From: an uncultured bacterium
GTDB taxonomy: Bacteria; Hydrogenedentota; CAZGCA01; CBFDCQ01
NCBI GenBank assembly: GCA_965603355.1
Contig: CBFDCQ010000002.1
Coordinates: 56,971-120,970 of the forward strand
Direction of reading: 5' to 3'
DNA: 64,000 nucleotides
Every line of letters starts with the position of its first letter. Position 1 is the stretch's first letter. The notes beneath the pieces were generated by a model that was not told where the DNA came from, searched no databases, and saw nothing but the letters and a program-made list of their open reading frames with translations. A program made the translations under genes and the position numbers. Shown piece by piece: positions 48,612 to 58,751 of this stretch.

Positions 48612-48628
48612 TTGGCATAGTTCTCGCT
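48612..48628 (+). promoter_or_regulatory. Putative sigma54 promoter of the 48.7-61.9 kb operon
   Basis: TTGGCATAGTTCTCGCT, GG-N10-GC. Confidence 0.6.
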
Positions 48629-48754
48629 GATACAGGTAGATGGTGAAGTGGAACTCTAAGGGGCCAAACAGCGCCCCAGTAGCACTTGCTTGAGTGCTTA
48701 CGCGAGTTCTAATGGCGTTTCCTCTGGAGAGTAGGCCGGGCACTTCAAACTGAC

Positions 48755-49468
48755 ATGCATGTCGAATTCAGCGAAATGGGTTTAATCATCTTCGCGCGTT
48801 TTCCGCGCTCTGGCGAAGTGAAGACGCGCCTCGCGGAGACAATCGGGAGCGACGCGGCTATCGAGTTCTACAGGCTGTGTGCCGAACACATGTTCGAGGA
48901 AAGCGGCAACATATCCAGCCAGGTCGACCGGTTTGTCTTCTACTCCGGTGGCAACGAACGGGATGAAATTGAGGAATGGGTAGGTCCGCAGTTTCGACTC
49001 GACGTGCAGACCGGAGCGGACCTTGGCGAGAGAATGGAAAACGCATTCCGGTCGGTGTTCAGCCGGGGAGTTCGAAAGGCGGTTCTCGTCGGAACGGATG
49101 TACCTGACCTATCAGCGAGCGTCATTGATGATGCCGTCCGCAGTCTCGACTCGTGCGATATCGTCATCGGACCCTGCCACGATGGCGGGTACTACCTGTT
49201 GGGAATGAGGGAGCTGCATAAGGGACTTTTCGCCGACATTCCGTGGAGCACAGAGGCCGTCCTGGAAAAGACTCTGGACGAGGCCGATTTGCTGGGGCTT
49301 GCTGTTCACCTGCTCCCTACCCTCGCTGACATTGACACCGTACAGGATCTTCGGAGCTGGCTCGAAGCCGACACGACTCACAAGGGTAACCCCGTTCGCG
49401 CTTCCGCTCGATACCTGCTTGTGTCCGGGACCGTCGCGCCGGTTCCGGATGAAGGAGAACAGCCATGA
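48755..49468 (+). CDS. DUF2064 / rSAM-selenodomain-associated transferase 1 (TIGR04282-like)
   Basis: IFARFP..GEVKTRL, QTGADLGERM, VGTDVP, GPCHDGGYYLLG, IPWST and DIDT motifs. Confidence 0.9.
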   Translation: MHVEFSEMGLIIFARFPRSGEVKTRLAETIGSDAAIEFYRLCAEHMFEESGNISSQVDRFVFYSGGNERDEIEEWVGPQFRLDVQTGADLGERMENAFRSVFSRGVRKAVLVGTDVPDLSASVIDDAVRSLDSCDIVIGPCHDGGYYLLGMRELHKGLFADIPWSTEAVLEKTLDEADLLGLAVHLLPTLADIDTVQDLRSWLEADTTHKGNPVRASARYLLVSGTVAPVPDEGEQP

Positions 49469-50253
49469 GATTTGGGCGAATCCTACTCGCACTCATGCTC
49501 ATCGTTCCTATCTCGGCTCCTGGCTTGGCTGCCGACTCGCACGGTTTGCTCACTGATATACTTGCCGATCATGTCAAGGACGGTATGGTAAATTACAGGG
49601 CGCTGTGCAAGGATGCGAGGCTCGGTCAATACATCCAACAGCTTGCCCGGACCAATCCGGACCGAATCTCTTCGGAAGAGGATCGGCTCGCCTTCTGGAT
49701 CAACGCTTACAACGCGTACACGCTGAAGATCATCTGCGATAACTATCCACTGAAGAGCATCCAGAATCTGAACCCGAGGGGACTGAGGAAGGCGTTTGCA
49801 AAAACCGTCTGGGATAAACCGCTGGCAACGGTCAACAACCGCCCGACAACGCTCAACACAATCGAACACAAGATTATCCGCACGCGTTTCAAGGATCCCA
49901 GGATTCACTTTGCGCTGGTATGCGCGGCAAAGAGCTGTCCGCCGCTGCGCTCTGAAGCGTACGAGGGGGACAAGCTGGATGAACAGTTAGACGATCAGGG
50001 CAGGCTGTTTCTTACCGACTCATCCAAGAATCGTTTCGATACTGGAGGAAGGGCGGCACAGATCTCGAAGATTTTCAGTTGGTTCGCGAAGGATTTCGGT
50101 GGAGAGAACGCGGCAGTGCTCAAGTTCATCGCAGAGTTTTTGCCTGAGGACGCAGCCGACAAGGTGAAGGCGAATCCCGGAGCCTGGACGACACGTTACA
50201 CGGACTATGACTGGAGCTTGAACGAGCAGCCGGCAGGGCGTAGGACCGGCTGA
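49465..50253 (+). CDS. DUF547 exported protein
   Basis: Signal peptide; LAFWINAYNA, DPRIHFALVCAAKSCPPL, SKIFSWF and YDWSLN motifs. Confidence 0.92.
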   Translation: MRFGRILLALMLIVPISAPGLAADSHGLLTDILADHVKDGMVNYRALCKDARLGQYIQQLARTNPDRISSEEDRLAFWINAYNAYTLKIICDNYPLKSIQNLNPRGLRKAFAKTVWDKPLATVNNRPTTLNTIEHKIIRTRFKDPRIHFALVCAAKSCPPLRSEAYEGDKLDEQLDDQGRLFLTDSSKNRFDTGGRAAQISKIFSWFAKDFGGENAAVLKFIAEFLPEDAADKVKANPGAWTTRYTDYDWSLNEQPAGRRTG

Positions 50254-50268
50254 TAGGCGATTTGTCAC

Positions 50269-50940
50269 ATGGTATCCGTGATCATACCGGTCTATAACGA
50301 GGAGGCTACGATACAGGACGTTCTGAACAGCTTGCCCGTCACTGACGACCGAGAAGTGATCGTTGTCGACGGCGGAAGCGCGGACAAGACGGTGGAGCTG
50401 GCCAGACCGTTTCAGGTCAGAATCGTTAGTGCCAGCAAGAACAGGGCTCTTCAGATGAATGAAGGCGCTGCAGTGGCGAGAGGTAATGTGCTATTGTTCC
50501 TGCATGCCGATACCATCCTCGACGATGGCGCGTTGGAGGCAGTTCAAGATTGCGTTAAAACCGGTTACGTGGGTGGCTGCTTCACCCACAGGATAGATTC
50601 TGAGAGGATCATTTACCGTATCATTGAAGCTTCCGGAAACCTGCGTGCGAGACTGTTTCGGGTTTTCTATGGCGATCAGGGGATATTTGTTCGTAAAGAT
50701 GTCTTCCTGAGCATAGGAGGATTCGACGACGTACGATTGTTTGAAGATGTTATCTTCTCCAAGAGGCTGAGAAGGGAAGGTAAGGTCAAGGTGCTGCGCA
50801 AGAAAGCGCGCTGCTCTCCAAGGAGATGGGAGAGGCAGGGTGTCGTGAGAGCGACGTTGATCAATTGGCTGGTCACAATCGGCTTCGTGCTGGGCATCTC
50901 TCCCAGTCGCCTGAAGAGAGTGTATCGGGACGTGCGGTAG
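50269..50940 (+). CDS. GT2 glycosyltransferase, rSAM-associated transferase 2 (TIGR04283-like)
   Basis: SVIIPVYNEE, VDGGS, RALQMNEGA, LFLHADT, YGDQGIF and SPRRW motifs. Confidence 0.92.
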   Translation: MVSVIIPVYNEEATIQDVLNSLPVTDDREVIVVDGGSADKTVELARPFQVRIVSASKNRALQMNEGAAVARGNVLLFLHADTILDDGALEAVQDCVKTGYVGGCFTHRIDSERIIYRIIEASGNLRARLFRVFYGDQGIFVRKDVFLSIGGFDDVRLFEDVIFSKRLRREGKVKVLRKKARCSPRRWERQGVVRATLINWLVTIGFVLGISPSRLKRVYRDVR

Positions 50941-51119
50941 CTGGACTCGGAGGACGTGGAATATCCGAGCTTAGACAGGTTCTTCCGCGCACAAAGATAG
51001 TAGGCGGATTTGAAAGGGCGACCAGGATACAGGTCAACACGGTTTTGCCCGAAGAGTCTGCCAAGATGCTGAGAGAATGTGAGGAGTGCGAGATTACGGG
51101 TCTTTAAAGGGAACAAGCC

Positions 51120-52019
51120 ATGAAAATAGGGTTCGTCGGTTTGGGAAAAATGGGCGGAAACATGGTCCAGCGACTGTTGGGTGGCGGCCATGAGGTAGTG
51201 GCGTTTGACGTGAACGAGGGGGCACGGAAACAGGCGCAGGCAGAGGGCGCAGGAGTTCTTGACTCGCTTGAAAAGCTGGCCGGCAGTCTGAACTCTCCTC
51301 GTACTGTTTGGGTCATGGTGCCAGCAGGGAAACCCACGGAAGAGACGATCGAAACGCTCGCATCAATGCTGTCAGAAGGGGATATTCTCATAGACGGCGG
51401 AAACTCCAACTTCAGGGACTCGATGAGAAGGGCGCGCGAGCTTGAGAAGAACGGGATCTCATTCCTTGACGCGGGTACAAGCGGCGGTGTCTGGGGCCTC
51501 GAGATCGGTTACTGCATGATGATAGGCGGGGATGAGGCGGCGTTCCTCAAGGTTGAGCCGGTATTCAAGACGCTCGCCCCTAAGGACGGGTACGCCCATG
51601 TTGGACCGATCGGCGCCGGCCATTTCGTCAAGATGGTACATAACGGTATTGAGTACGCGTTACTGCAGGCGTACGGCGAAGGGTTCGAGATCATGGATGC
51701 GAAGGAGGAGTTCGATCTGGATCTCGCACAGATCGCTCATCTTTGGAACCAGGGAAGCGTCATACGGTCGTGGCTGTTGGAGCTGGCTGAAAGGGCGTTC
51801 CAGAACGATCCTGAGTTGGAGTTGGTTCGCGGCTATGTCGAAGATTCCGGGGAGGGTCGCTGGACGGTCGCGGAGGCTATCGAGGAGAACGTGCCGGCAC
51901 CGGTGATTACCCTCTCGCTGCTGGAGCGTTTCCGTTCGCGCCAGGATGATTCATTCAGCGCCAAAGTAATTGCCGCGCTGAGAAATGAGTTTGGGGGGCA
52001 TGCTGTCAAGAAGAAGTAG
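51120..52019 (+). CDS. gnd: 6-phosphogluconate dehydrogenase, decarboxylating (short form)
   Basis: GLGKMG, DGGNS, GTSGGVWG, VKMVHNGIEY, DSGEGRW and LRNEFGGH motifs. Confidence 0.96.
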   Translation: MKIGFVGLGKMGGNMVQRLLGGGHEVVAFDVNEGARKQAQAEGAGVLDSLEKLAGSLNSPRTVWVMVPAGKPTEETIETLASMLSEGDILIDGGNSNFRDSMRRARELEKNGISFLDAGTSGGVWGLEIGYCMMIGGDEAAFLKVEPVFKTLAPKDGYAHVGPIGAGHFVKMVHNGIEYALLQAYGEGFEIMDAKEEFDLDLAQIAHLWNQGSVIRSWLLELAERAFQNDPELELVRGYVEDSGEGRWTVAEAIEENVPAPVITLSLLERFRSRQDDSFSAKVIAALRNEFGGHAVKKK

Positions 52020-52042
52020 GCGAATAGAGGGAGGTTGCGTTC

Positions 52043-53171
52043 ATGACAAGGATTCAAGAGCTGGCGGAGTTTGGTCAGAGCATATGGTTGGACTATATCA
52101 GTCGGTCCCTGATTGAAAAAGGAAGGATCAAGGAACTGGTTGAGCTCGGTGTACGAGGGATGACTTCCAACCCCTCGATTTTCGATAAGGCGGTCAGTTC
52201 CGGATGTGACTATGACGAGCAGATAAGGCGGTTGAAGGAGTCGGGCAAGTCTGATTTTGAAATATATGATGACTTGACTGTTCGTGATATCCAGAATGCG
52301 GCTGACATACTCAGACCCGTGTATGAGGAGACCAACGGTTTTGACGGCTATGTCAGCCTCGAGATTAACCCGCATCTGGCGCGCCAGACTGTGGAAACCG
52401 TCGAGGAAGGAAAGAGACTGCACGGTAAGGTGGATCGCCCCAACGGCATGTTCAAGGTACCCTCAACGGACGAGGGATTTGGAGCAATAGAGGCACTTTT
52501 TAGCGGAGGGTATTAACGTCAACGTCACGCTCATATTCTCCCAGGAGCAGTATGTGAAGACGGCACAGGCGTTCCTGAGCGGGATGACTCGTCTCGCCGG
52601 CAACGGCGGTGATCTGAGCCGCACCAACTCCGTGGCCAGCGTTTTCGTCAGCCGCATTGACAGCGTGGTCGACAAGAAGCTTGACGCGTTGATGAAAGCG
52701 GAGGGCGATGAGTCGGTGAAGGAACAGCTCCTGTCTCTGAGAGGAAAAGCCGCCGTCGCAAACTCAGAACTCATTTATCAAAAGTCCCTGGAGATCTTCT
52801 CAGGTGAACAGTACAAGGAACTGAAGAAGCAAGGCGCCAACGTCCAGAGGGTCCTTTGGGGATCTACCGGCACGAAGGACCCCGCATATAGTGACATCAA
52901 GTATGTCACGGAGTTGATTGCGAAGAACACCGTCAACACCTTGCCCGAGAAGACGCTCGACGCCTTCCTGGACCACGGCTCTGTCGGGGAGGCGGTGACC
53001 TCCGACGCGGGAGGCGCGCAGGCGCTGATTGGCAATCTCGGGAGCCTCGGGATTGACATTAATGAAGTGTGTGCCAGACTCCTGGAGGCTGGCGTTGGCG
53101 CGTTTGCGGATTCGTTCGACAACCTTCTGAACACCATAGGAGCAAAGGGAACGGAAGTCGGCAAGGGATGA
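52043..53171 (+). pseudogene. tal: Transaldolase split by a +1 T frameshift (pseudogene or sequencing error)
   Basis: GQSIWLD, TSNPSIF, SLEINP and KVP motifs in 52043-52516; removing one T from TTTTT at 52497-52501 restores EALLAEGINVNVTLIFS in frame with 52554-53171 (SVASVFVSRID, LWGSTGTK). Confidence 0.9.
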
Positions 53172-53190
53172 TAGAAGTTTATGGTCTAAC

Positions 53191-54246
53191 ATGGGTAGAC
53201 GATCTGCGTTGATGATGGACAACGCAACAGGCATGTGGAGTGAACAGGAAATGATCTCAACGATGGTTGGCCGTGGAAGGAGGACGCTGTTCTTGACGGT
53301 GGTGTTGCTAGTGGCGGCGCTTACGAACAGCCCTCTGTACGGTCAACAGGGAGATTTCGATTTATCCCGCAGCAAGGTGGACCTTAGAGAGCTGATGCCT
53401 GGCGGACCAGGTAAGGACGGCATTCCCGCGTTGACAAACCCGCGATTCGTCACACCTGATCAGGCCCGGTACCTTGCCGAGCAAGAGTTGGTGGTGGGCA
53501 TATCCTTATCCGGTCAAGACAAGGCCTACCCTATCCGAATCCTGACCCTGCACGAGATCGTCAACGACGCGGTTGCGGATATCCCCGTGGCAGTGACTTG
53601 GTGTCCGCTGACGAGAAGCGCTGTTGTTTTCGATAGGAGACTCGATGGCGAAACCCTTGATTTTGGTGTTTCAGGTCTGCTGTACAACAGCAACCTCGTG
53701 ATGTATGACCGCAACCATGCGTGCCTCTGGCCACAGTTGGCAAAAAGCGCTGTTACAGGAAAACTTTCCTCCAAACGGCTGAAAATCTTGCCCTCCCTAG
53801 TAGCAACGTGGGGAGAATGGCGAAGAATGCATCCGAATACGTTGATATTGTCGCCGGATACGGGGTTCCCGATAGACTACAACTACAACCCGTATCTAGG
53901 TTATCAGGCAAGCCCTAAGCTCATGTTCCCCGTCAAGGGTTTTGATAATCGCTTACCGCCGAAAAGTCTTGTCATCGGCATCAGAATCAAGAACGTGGCA
54001 AAGGCCTACCCAATTCAACTTATCAACAGCGTCACGTACCCTCTCGAGGATGCAGTCGCAGGCATTAGCATAAGGATTCATCCCGGCTTCGGAAACACCG
54101 CCTACATCACTGATGCTCAGGGGAATCTATTGCCTGCGACTGTCGCTTATTGGTTTGCCTGGAGCGCTTTCAACAGGGACACGCTCCTGCACGGCGAAAT
54201 CTCTTTGCTTCACGAAGGGGAGGAGCAGATCAATGACGGGCGATGA
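53191..54246 (+). CDS. DUF3179 exported protein
   Basis: [39 protein letters not shown] and YWFAW motifs; start uncertain. Confidence 0.88.
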   Translation: MGRRSALMMDNATGMWSEQEMISTMVGRGRRTLFLTVVLLVAALTNSPLYGQQGDFDLSRSKVDLRELMPGGPGKDGIPALTNPRFVTPDQARYLAEQELVVGISLSGQDKAYPIRILTLHEIVNDAVADIPVAVTWCPLTRSAVVFDRRLDGETLDFGVSGLLYNSNLVMYDRNHACLWPQLAKSAVTGKLSSKRLKILPSLVATWGEWRRMHPNTLILSPDTGFPIDYNYNPYLGYQASPKLMFPVKGFDNRLPPKSLVIGIRIKNVAKAYPIQLINSVTYPLEDAVAGISIRIHPGFGNTAYITDAQGNLLPATVAYWFAWSAFNRDTLLHGEISLLHEGEEQINDGR

Positions 54247-55783
54247 CGCGACGATCGTCGAGAGCAGGTTCCTGGAGGCCTGTGAGGTGTCTTTAGAGGA
54301 TCTCGCCGTCGAACCTTTTACGATGGTAGTGTTCGGTGGAGCCGGCGATCTGAGTCGAAGGAAACTTCTTCCGACCCTGTTCCACCTCTTCCATGACGAG
54401 AAGCTCATAACCGAGTTCGCAATTCTGGGTGTCGGTCTCGATGAATACTCCGACGACGAGTACCGCGAACTTGCCGGACAGGCCATCCAGCAGCATGCAG
54501 ACCAACCTTTGGATTTGAGTTCATGGGGCGAGTTCAGCCAGCACCTGTTCTATCTGTCGGGGAATCTCAATTCTGACGACACGTATGAACAACTCTGCTC
54601 GCGTATCGATGGGCTCGCCTGTTCGACGCAGGATTCCAAGACTAATGTGATCTATTATCTGGCAATTCCGCCCGAGGTCGTTCCGGCGGTCGTCGACAAG
54701 CTGGCTCAACAGAACTTGTGCAAAGGCTGTTTCAACACGAAGGTGGTCGTCGAGAAACCTTTCGGGACAGACAGGGCTTCAGCGGTCACTTTAAACCAGC
54801 AAATCCTGGAAGCCTTTGACGAAAAGCAGATTTACCGCATCGATCATTACCTGGGCAAGGAGACAGTACAGAATATCCTCTTTTTCCGTTTTGCCAACAG
54901 CATCTTCGAGCCTCTCTGGAACAGGCGGTACGTCGACCATGTTCAGATCACCGTGGCCGAAGAGTTGGGTGTTGAACACAGGGCCGCCTTCTACGAACAG
55001 GCAGGTGTCGTGAGAGACATCGTGCAGAACCACATGATGCAGCTCGTTGCGCTGGTGGCTATGGAACCGCCGGTCGGTTTCGAGGCGGACCTGATACGCA
55101 ACGAGAAGGTGAAGGTGTTTCATACAATCCGTTCCATGGACGAGGAGTATATTGACAGGTTCACGGTGCGCGGGCAGTACGGTCCCGGGAGGATCGGAGA
55201 CAGAGAGGTTCCCGGATACAGGCAGGAAGAGGGCGTCTCTCCGGACTCAAACACGCCGACATTCTTCGCTGCGAAGCTTTATCTGGACAGTTGGCGTTGG
55301 GCGGGCGTGCCCTTTTTCGTTCGTACGGGAAAACGTTTGGCCAAGCGAGTCACCGAGATCTTCGTGCAATTCAAGCAACCACCATTGAGGTTACTCGGGC
55401 GCACTTGTGACATGCTCGAGCCCAACGCTCTCCTGCTGGGCATCCAGCCGCAGGAGGGAATTTGTCTGCATTTCAGCGTGAAACGCCCCGGAGTGGGTAA
55501 CCAACCGCATACGGTAGCTATGGATTTCAATTACGCACGATCGTTTGGGACGCAGACTCATCCTGCCTACGAGCGGTTGCTCATGGACTGTATGAAGGGC
55601 GATCTGACACTTTTCGCGCGGCAGGACGGGGTGGAGGCGATGTGGTCCGCGGTCGATCCGATCATTTCCAGATGGGAGACTGCGCCACAGCCTAGTCTTC
55701 CCGACTATGCCGCAGGTACATGGGGACCCAAAGAGGCCGATGAGTTAATGCGGCGAGAAGGTCGAGAGTGGCGAACATGGTGA
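54233..55783 (+). CDS. zwf: Glucose-6-phosphate 1-dehydrogenase
   Basis: [28 protein letters not shown] and RTGKRL motifs; GGAGG RBS before ATG at 54233. Confidence 0.97.
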   Translation: MTGDDATIVESRFLEACEVSLEDLAVEPFTMVVFGGAGDLSRRKLLPTLFHLFHDEKLITEFAILGVGLDEYSDDEYRELAGQAIQQHADQPLDLSSWGEFSQHLFYLSGNLNSDDTYEQLCSRIDGLACSTQDSKTNVIYYLAIPPEVVPAVVDKLAQQNLCKGCFNTKVVVEKPFGTDRASAVTLNQQILEAFDEKQIYRIDHYLGKETVQNILFFRFANSIFEPLWNRRYVDHVQITVAEELGVEHRAAFYEQAGVVRDIVQNHMMQLVALVAMEPPVGFEADLIRNEKVKVFHTIRSMDEEYIDRFTVRGQYGPGRIGDREVPGYRQEEGVSPDSNTPTFFAAKLYLDSWRWAGVPFFVRTGKRLAKRVTEIFVQFKQPPLRLLGRTCDMLEPNALLLGIQPQEGICLHFSVKRPGVGNQPHTVAMDFNYARSFGTQTHPAYERLLMDCMKGDLTLFARQDGVEAMWSAVDPIISRWETAPQPSLPDYAAGTWGPKEADELMRREGREWRTW

Positions 55784-56562
55784 GACTACCGAACGCCAGG
55801 CTGGCGTTGAAATGCGGAGAACCGCTCGTTTTCGAGAGCATTGATCAGATATCCGGGTTCGCCATCAACGAGTGGAAGAAGATTGCCCAAAAAACCGTCA
55901 TTAGTAAAGGGGGGTTTGCCGTCGCCCTGTCGGGAGGGAGTACTCCGATGCACCTGTACCGGGAATTGGCCGGATGTGCAGAGCTCCCGTGGGACAGGAC
56001 CCACGTTTTCCTTGTCGATGAACGGTTTGTGCCGGCGGATCATCCGGACAGCAACTATCGGATGGTGAAGACAACCCTGCTGGACGATGTAAGTATCCCG
56101 GCAGGCAACGTTCATCCGATACCAGTGGAAGCCGGCAGCGCGGAAGCCGCGGCACTCGAGTACGAGGAGGATCTGAAACGCCACTTCCTGTTGGAGGATG
56201 GTCAGTGTCCGGGATTTGACCTGATATTGTTGGGAATAGGAGAGGACGGACACACGGCGTCCTTGTTCCCCGGCACGGCTTCATTGGATGAGAACGAGCG
56301 TCTGGCAATAGCCGTAAGGAGCGAGGACGTACAACAGGCGCGTGTGACCATAACATTTCCGGTGATTAACAACGCGGAAAACGTCATTCTTCTTGCGGTC
56401 GGGAAGAACAAGGCTGAGGTTGTCAGGAGGATTCTCGTGGATAAGAGCGGTTCCATGCCGGCAGAGCGTGTAGAGCCAGCTTCCGGCAAGCTGCTTTTTC
56501 TCCTGAACGAGGCTTCGGGAGTTCATTTGCACGGCGGCACTGTGAGTGGAGAGGTGGCGTAG
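55768..56562 (+). CDS. pgl: 6-phosphogluconolactonase
   Basis: LSGGSTP, DERFVP..HPDSNY and [14 protein letters not shown] motifs. Confidence 0.96.
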   Translation: MANMVRLPNARLALKCGEPLVFESIDQISGFAINEWKKIAQKTVISKGGFAVALSGGSTPMHLYRELAGCAELPWDRTHVFLVDERFVPADHPDSNYRMVKTTLLDDVSIPAGNVHPIPVEAGSAEAAALEYEEDLKRHFLLEDGQCPGFDLILLGIGEDGHTASLFPGTASLDENERLAIAVRSEDVQQARVTITFPVINNAENVILLAVGKNKAEVVRRILVDKSGSMPAERVEPASGKLLFLLNEASGVHLHGGTVSGEVA

Positions 56563-56599
56563 CGTACCGGCGCCGGCCGCGCGCACGCCGGAGGATTGA

Positions 56600-57232
56600 G
56601 TGATGAGGAAGTTACTGCATATCGTGGCGGCACCAAGAGGTGAGGAATCCAGAACGCTTAAGGTTGCCTCCGCGTTCCTGGAGGGTTTCAGGGAGAAATA
56701 TCCGGACTGCGAGATCGACGAACTGAACCTTTTCGCTGAACCGCCGCCTCCACTCACGTTGGGGGTGATAGGCGGCAAGTACGTTCTGCTGGGCGGAGGT
56801 GATCTCTCGGGAGAGCTAAAGGATGCCTGGAAGGATGTTGAACGCCACATTGAGCGCTTCCTCGCTGCGGACGCCTACCTCATCAGCACGCCCATGTGGA
56901 ACTTCAGCATTCCGTTCGTGTTGAAGCATTATATAGACGTAATCGTGCAGCCGAAGTACCTTTTCAGGTATACTGAAGCAGGGCCGGAAGGGCTTGTCAA
57001 AGGCAAGAAGATGGTTGTAGTCACAAGTCGAGGAGGCGACTACGGCCCCGACAGCCCGGCCCATGCGTACGATTATCAGGAGCCGTATCTGCGGACGATA
57101 TTCGGTTACGCAGGAATCACGGACATAACGTTCGTGAACGCTCAGCCGATGGATGCCATGGGGCCTGACGTGGCACGCGAGAGGCTTGCGGCGGCAAAGG
57201 AAAAGGCAAGACAGACTGCGTCGGAGTTTTAG
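56600..57232 (+). CDS. azoR: FMN-dependent NADH-azoreductase / quinone reductase
   Basis: PMWNFSIP..LKHYID, FRYTEAGPEGL, SRGG.Y and EPYLRTIFG motifs. Confidence 0.92.
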   Translation: MMRKLLHIVAAPRGEESRTLKVASAFLEGFREKYPDCEIDELNLFAEPPPPLTLGVIGGKYVLLGGGDLSGELKDAWKDVERHIERFLAADAYLISTPMWNFSIPFVLKHYIDVIVQPKYLFRYTEAGPEGLVKGKKMVVVTSRGGDYGPDSPAHAYDYQEPYLRTIFGYAGITDITFVNAQPMDAMGPDVARERLAAAKEKARQTASEF

Positions 57233-57250
57233 GGAAAGGGTTTGCCTGCT

Positions 57251-58723
57251 ATGGAACATCTCCAGTTTGATTTCAATAACCTGTTCAGCTTCAACGTCGG
57301 CACTAAACATGGCGCGACGGAGAAGCAGCTGCAGAGGATGTTACCGGATATCAGAAGCGCGCACAGGCACCTGAAGGAAGTCATCGCCGATCCAGCCGGT
57401 AGAGTGTGTCTCGGCCTCGAGTGGACTCAGTTGCCTCTGCAAGACAAGGCTGCGGTAAGGGAGATTCAAGAACTGGCGGACGGGATAGCGAGCAAGTACG
57501 ACAACGTCATCTCGCTCGGAATCGGCGGCTCATACCTGGGCCTCAAAGCCGCTCAGGATGCGCTGCGTCCACCTTACTACAACGAGTTCCAGGCACTGCG
57601 GGGAAAGCAGCCGAGGATATACTTCGAAGGAAACAACCTTGACCCGACTCCGTTACGCGCTCTGTTGCAGAACCTGAACCCGAAGAAGACGTTCGTGGTC
57701 GTCATATCCAAGTCGGGGGAGACCACCGAAACCAAGGTGGCCTTGGATGTGGTATCCGACTGGTTGAAGAAAGGTGTCGGGAACAAGCACGGTCGCCAGG
57801 TTCTGGCTATAACCGACCCGGAAACGGGCGCGCTCCGTAGCACGGTCGAGGAGGAACAGGCCGAGGACAGGTTGAGTTTCCGGAGTCTGCCGCTGCTCCC
57901 GGGCGTCGGCGGCCGCTACTCGGAGTTGAACATGGGGCTGCTGCATCTGGCCATCATTGGCGTGAAGGTCCAGCAGGTGCTCGACGGTGCAAAGTCGATG
58001 GCGGAGAGGTGCAGTTCGGCTTCCGTCAGCAAGAACCCGGCATACATGTATGCGGCGCTCCAGACAATACTCTATAAGCAAAAGGGCAAGTCTATCGCTA
58101 TGATGATGCCGTTTTCGGAAACGCTGAAGTCTACTGCGGATTGGTACGCGCAGCTCCTTGCCGAGAGCCTCGGTAAGAAGCACCTGCGAAGGATAGAGAC
58201 GTTGGAAGGGGGTCGTGAACGATGGGTCAGCGACAAACGCTGTATCGTGAATGTCGGCAGGACCCCCGTGCCGTGCAGAGGCACAAACGATCTACACTCA
58301 ATTCAACAGAACAACATCGAGGGCGAGAACAACAAGACGGTCACGTTCATTCGTGTCGAGAAGTTCCGGGAGGACCTGAGAGTACCCGGCAAAAAGGACT
58401 TACTGTCCGGAAAGCGTTACTCGGAACTCATCAAGTTGGCCCAGGAGGCAACGGAGTGGGCGCTCGTCCGCGAGAAGAGACCTAACTGTACGATCATAAT
58501 GCCGGAGATCACTCCGTTTCTCTGGGGCGAGCTCATCTTCTTCTTTGAGATGGCCACTGCATTTGAAGGTGAGCTGTTGAACGTGAACGCGTTTGACCAA
58601 CCCGGCGTGGAGGGTTACAAGGGCTATATGTACCACAAGCTGGGCAAACCCGGGGTGGCCAAGAGAATCGCTCAGCAAATCGAGAGACATCCACTGAAGA
58701 AAAGGGGCAAGTACATTCTGTAA
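57251..58723 (+). CDS. pgi: Glucose-6-phosphate isomerase
   Basis: GIGGSYLG, ISKSGETTET, VGGRYS, QLLAESLGK and AFDQPGVEGYK motifs. Confidence 0.95.
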   Translation: MEHLQFDFNNLFSFNVGTKHGATEKQLQRMLPDIRSAHRHLKEVIADPAGRVCLGLEWTQLPLQDKAAVREIQELADGIASKYDNVISLGIGGSYLGLKAAQDALRPPYYNEFQALRGKQPRIYFEGNNLDPTPLRALLQNLNPKKTFVVVISKSGETTETKVALDVVSDWLKKGVGNKHGRQVLAITDPETGALRSTVEEEQAEDRLSFRSLPLLPGVGGRYSELNMGLLHLAIIGVKVQQVLDGAKSMAERCSSASVSKNPAYMYAALQTILYKQKGKSIAMMMPFSETLKSTADWYAQLLAESLGKKHLRRIETLEGGRERWVSDKRCIVNVGRTPVPCRGTNDLHSIQQNNIEGENNKTVTFIRVEKFREDLRVPGKKDLLSGKRYSELIKLAQEATEWALVREKRPNCTIIMPEITPFLWGELIFFFEMATAFEGELLNVNAFDQPGVEGYKGYMYHKLGKPGVAKRIAQQIERHPLKKRGKYIL

Positions 58724-58751
58724 TATGGGGGCGATTAAGCAGGAGGGTGCA

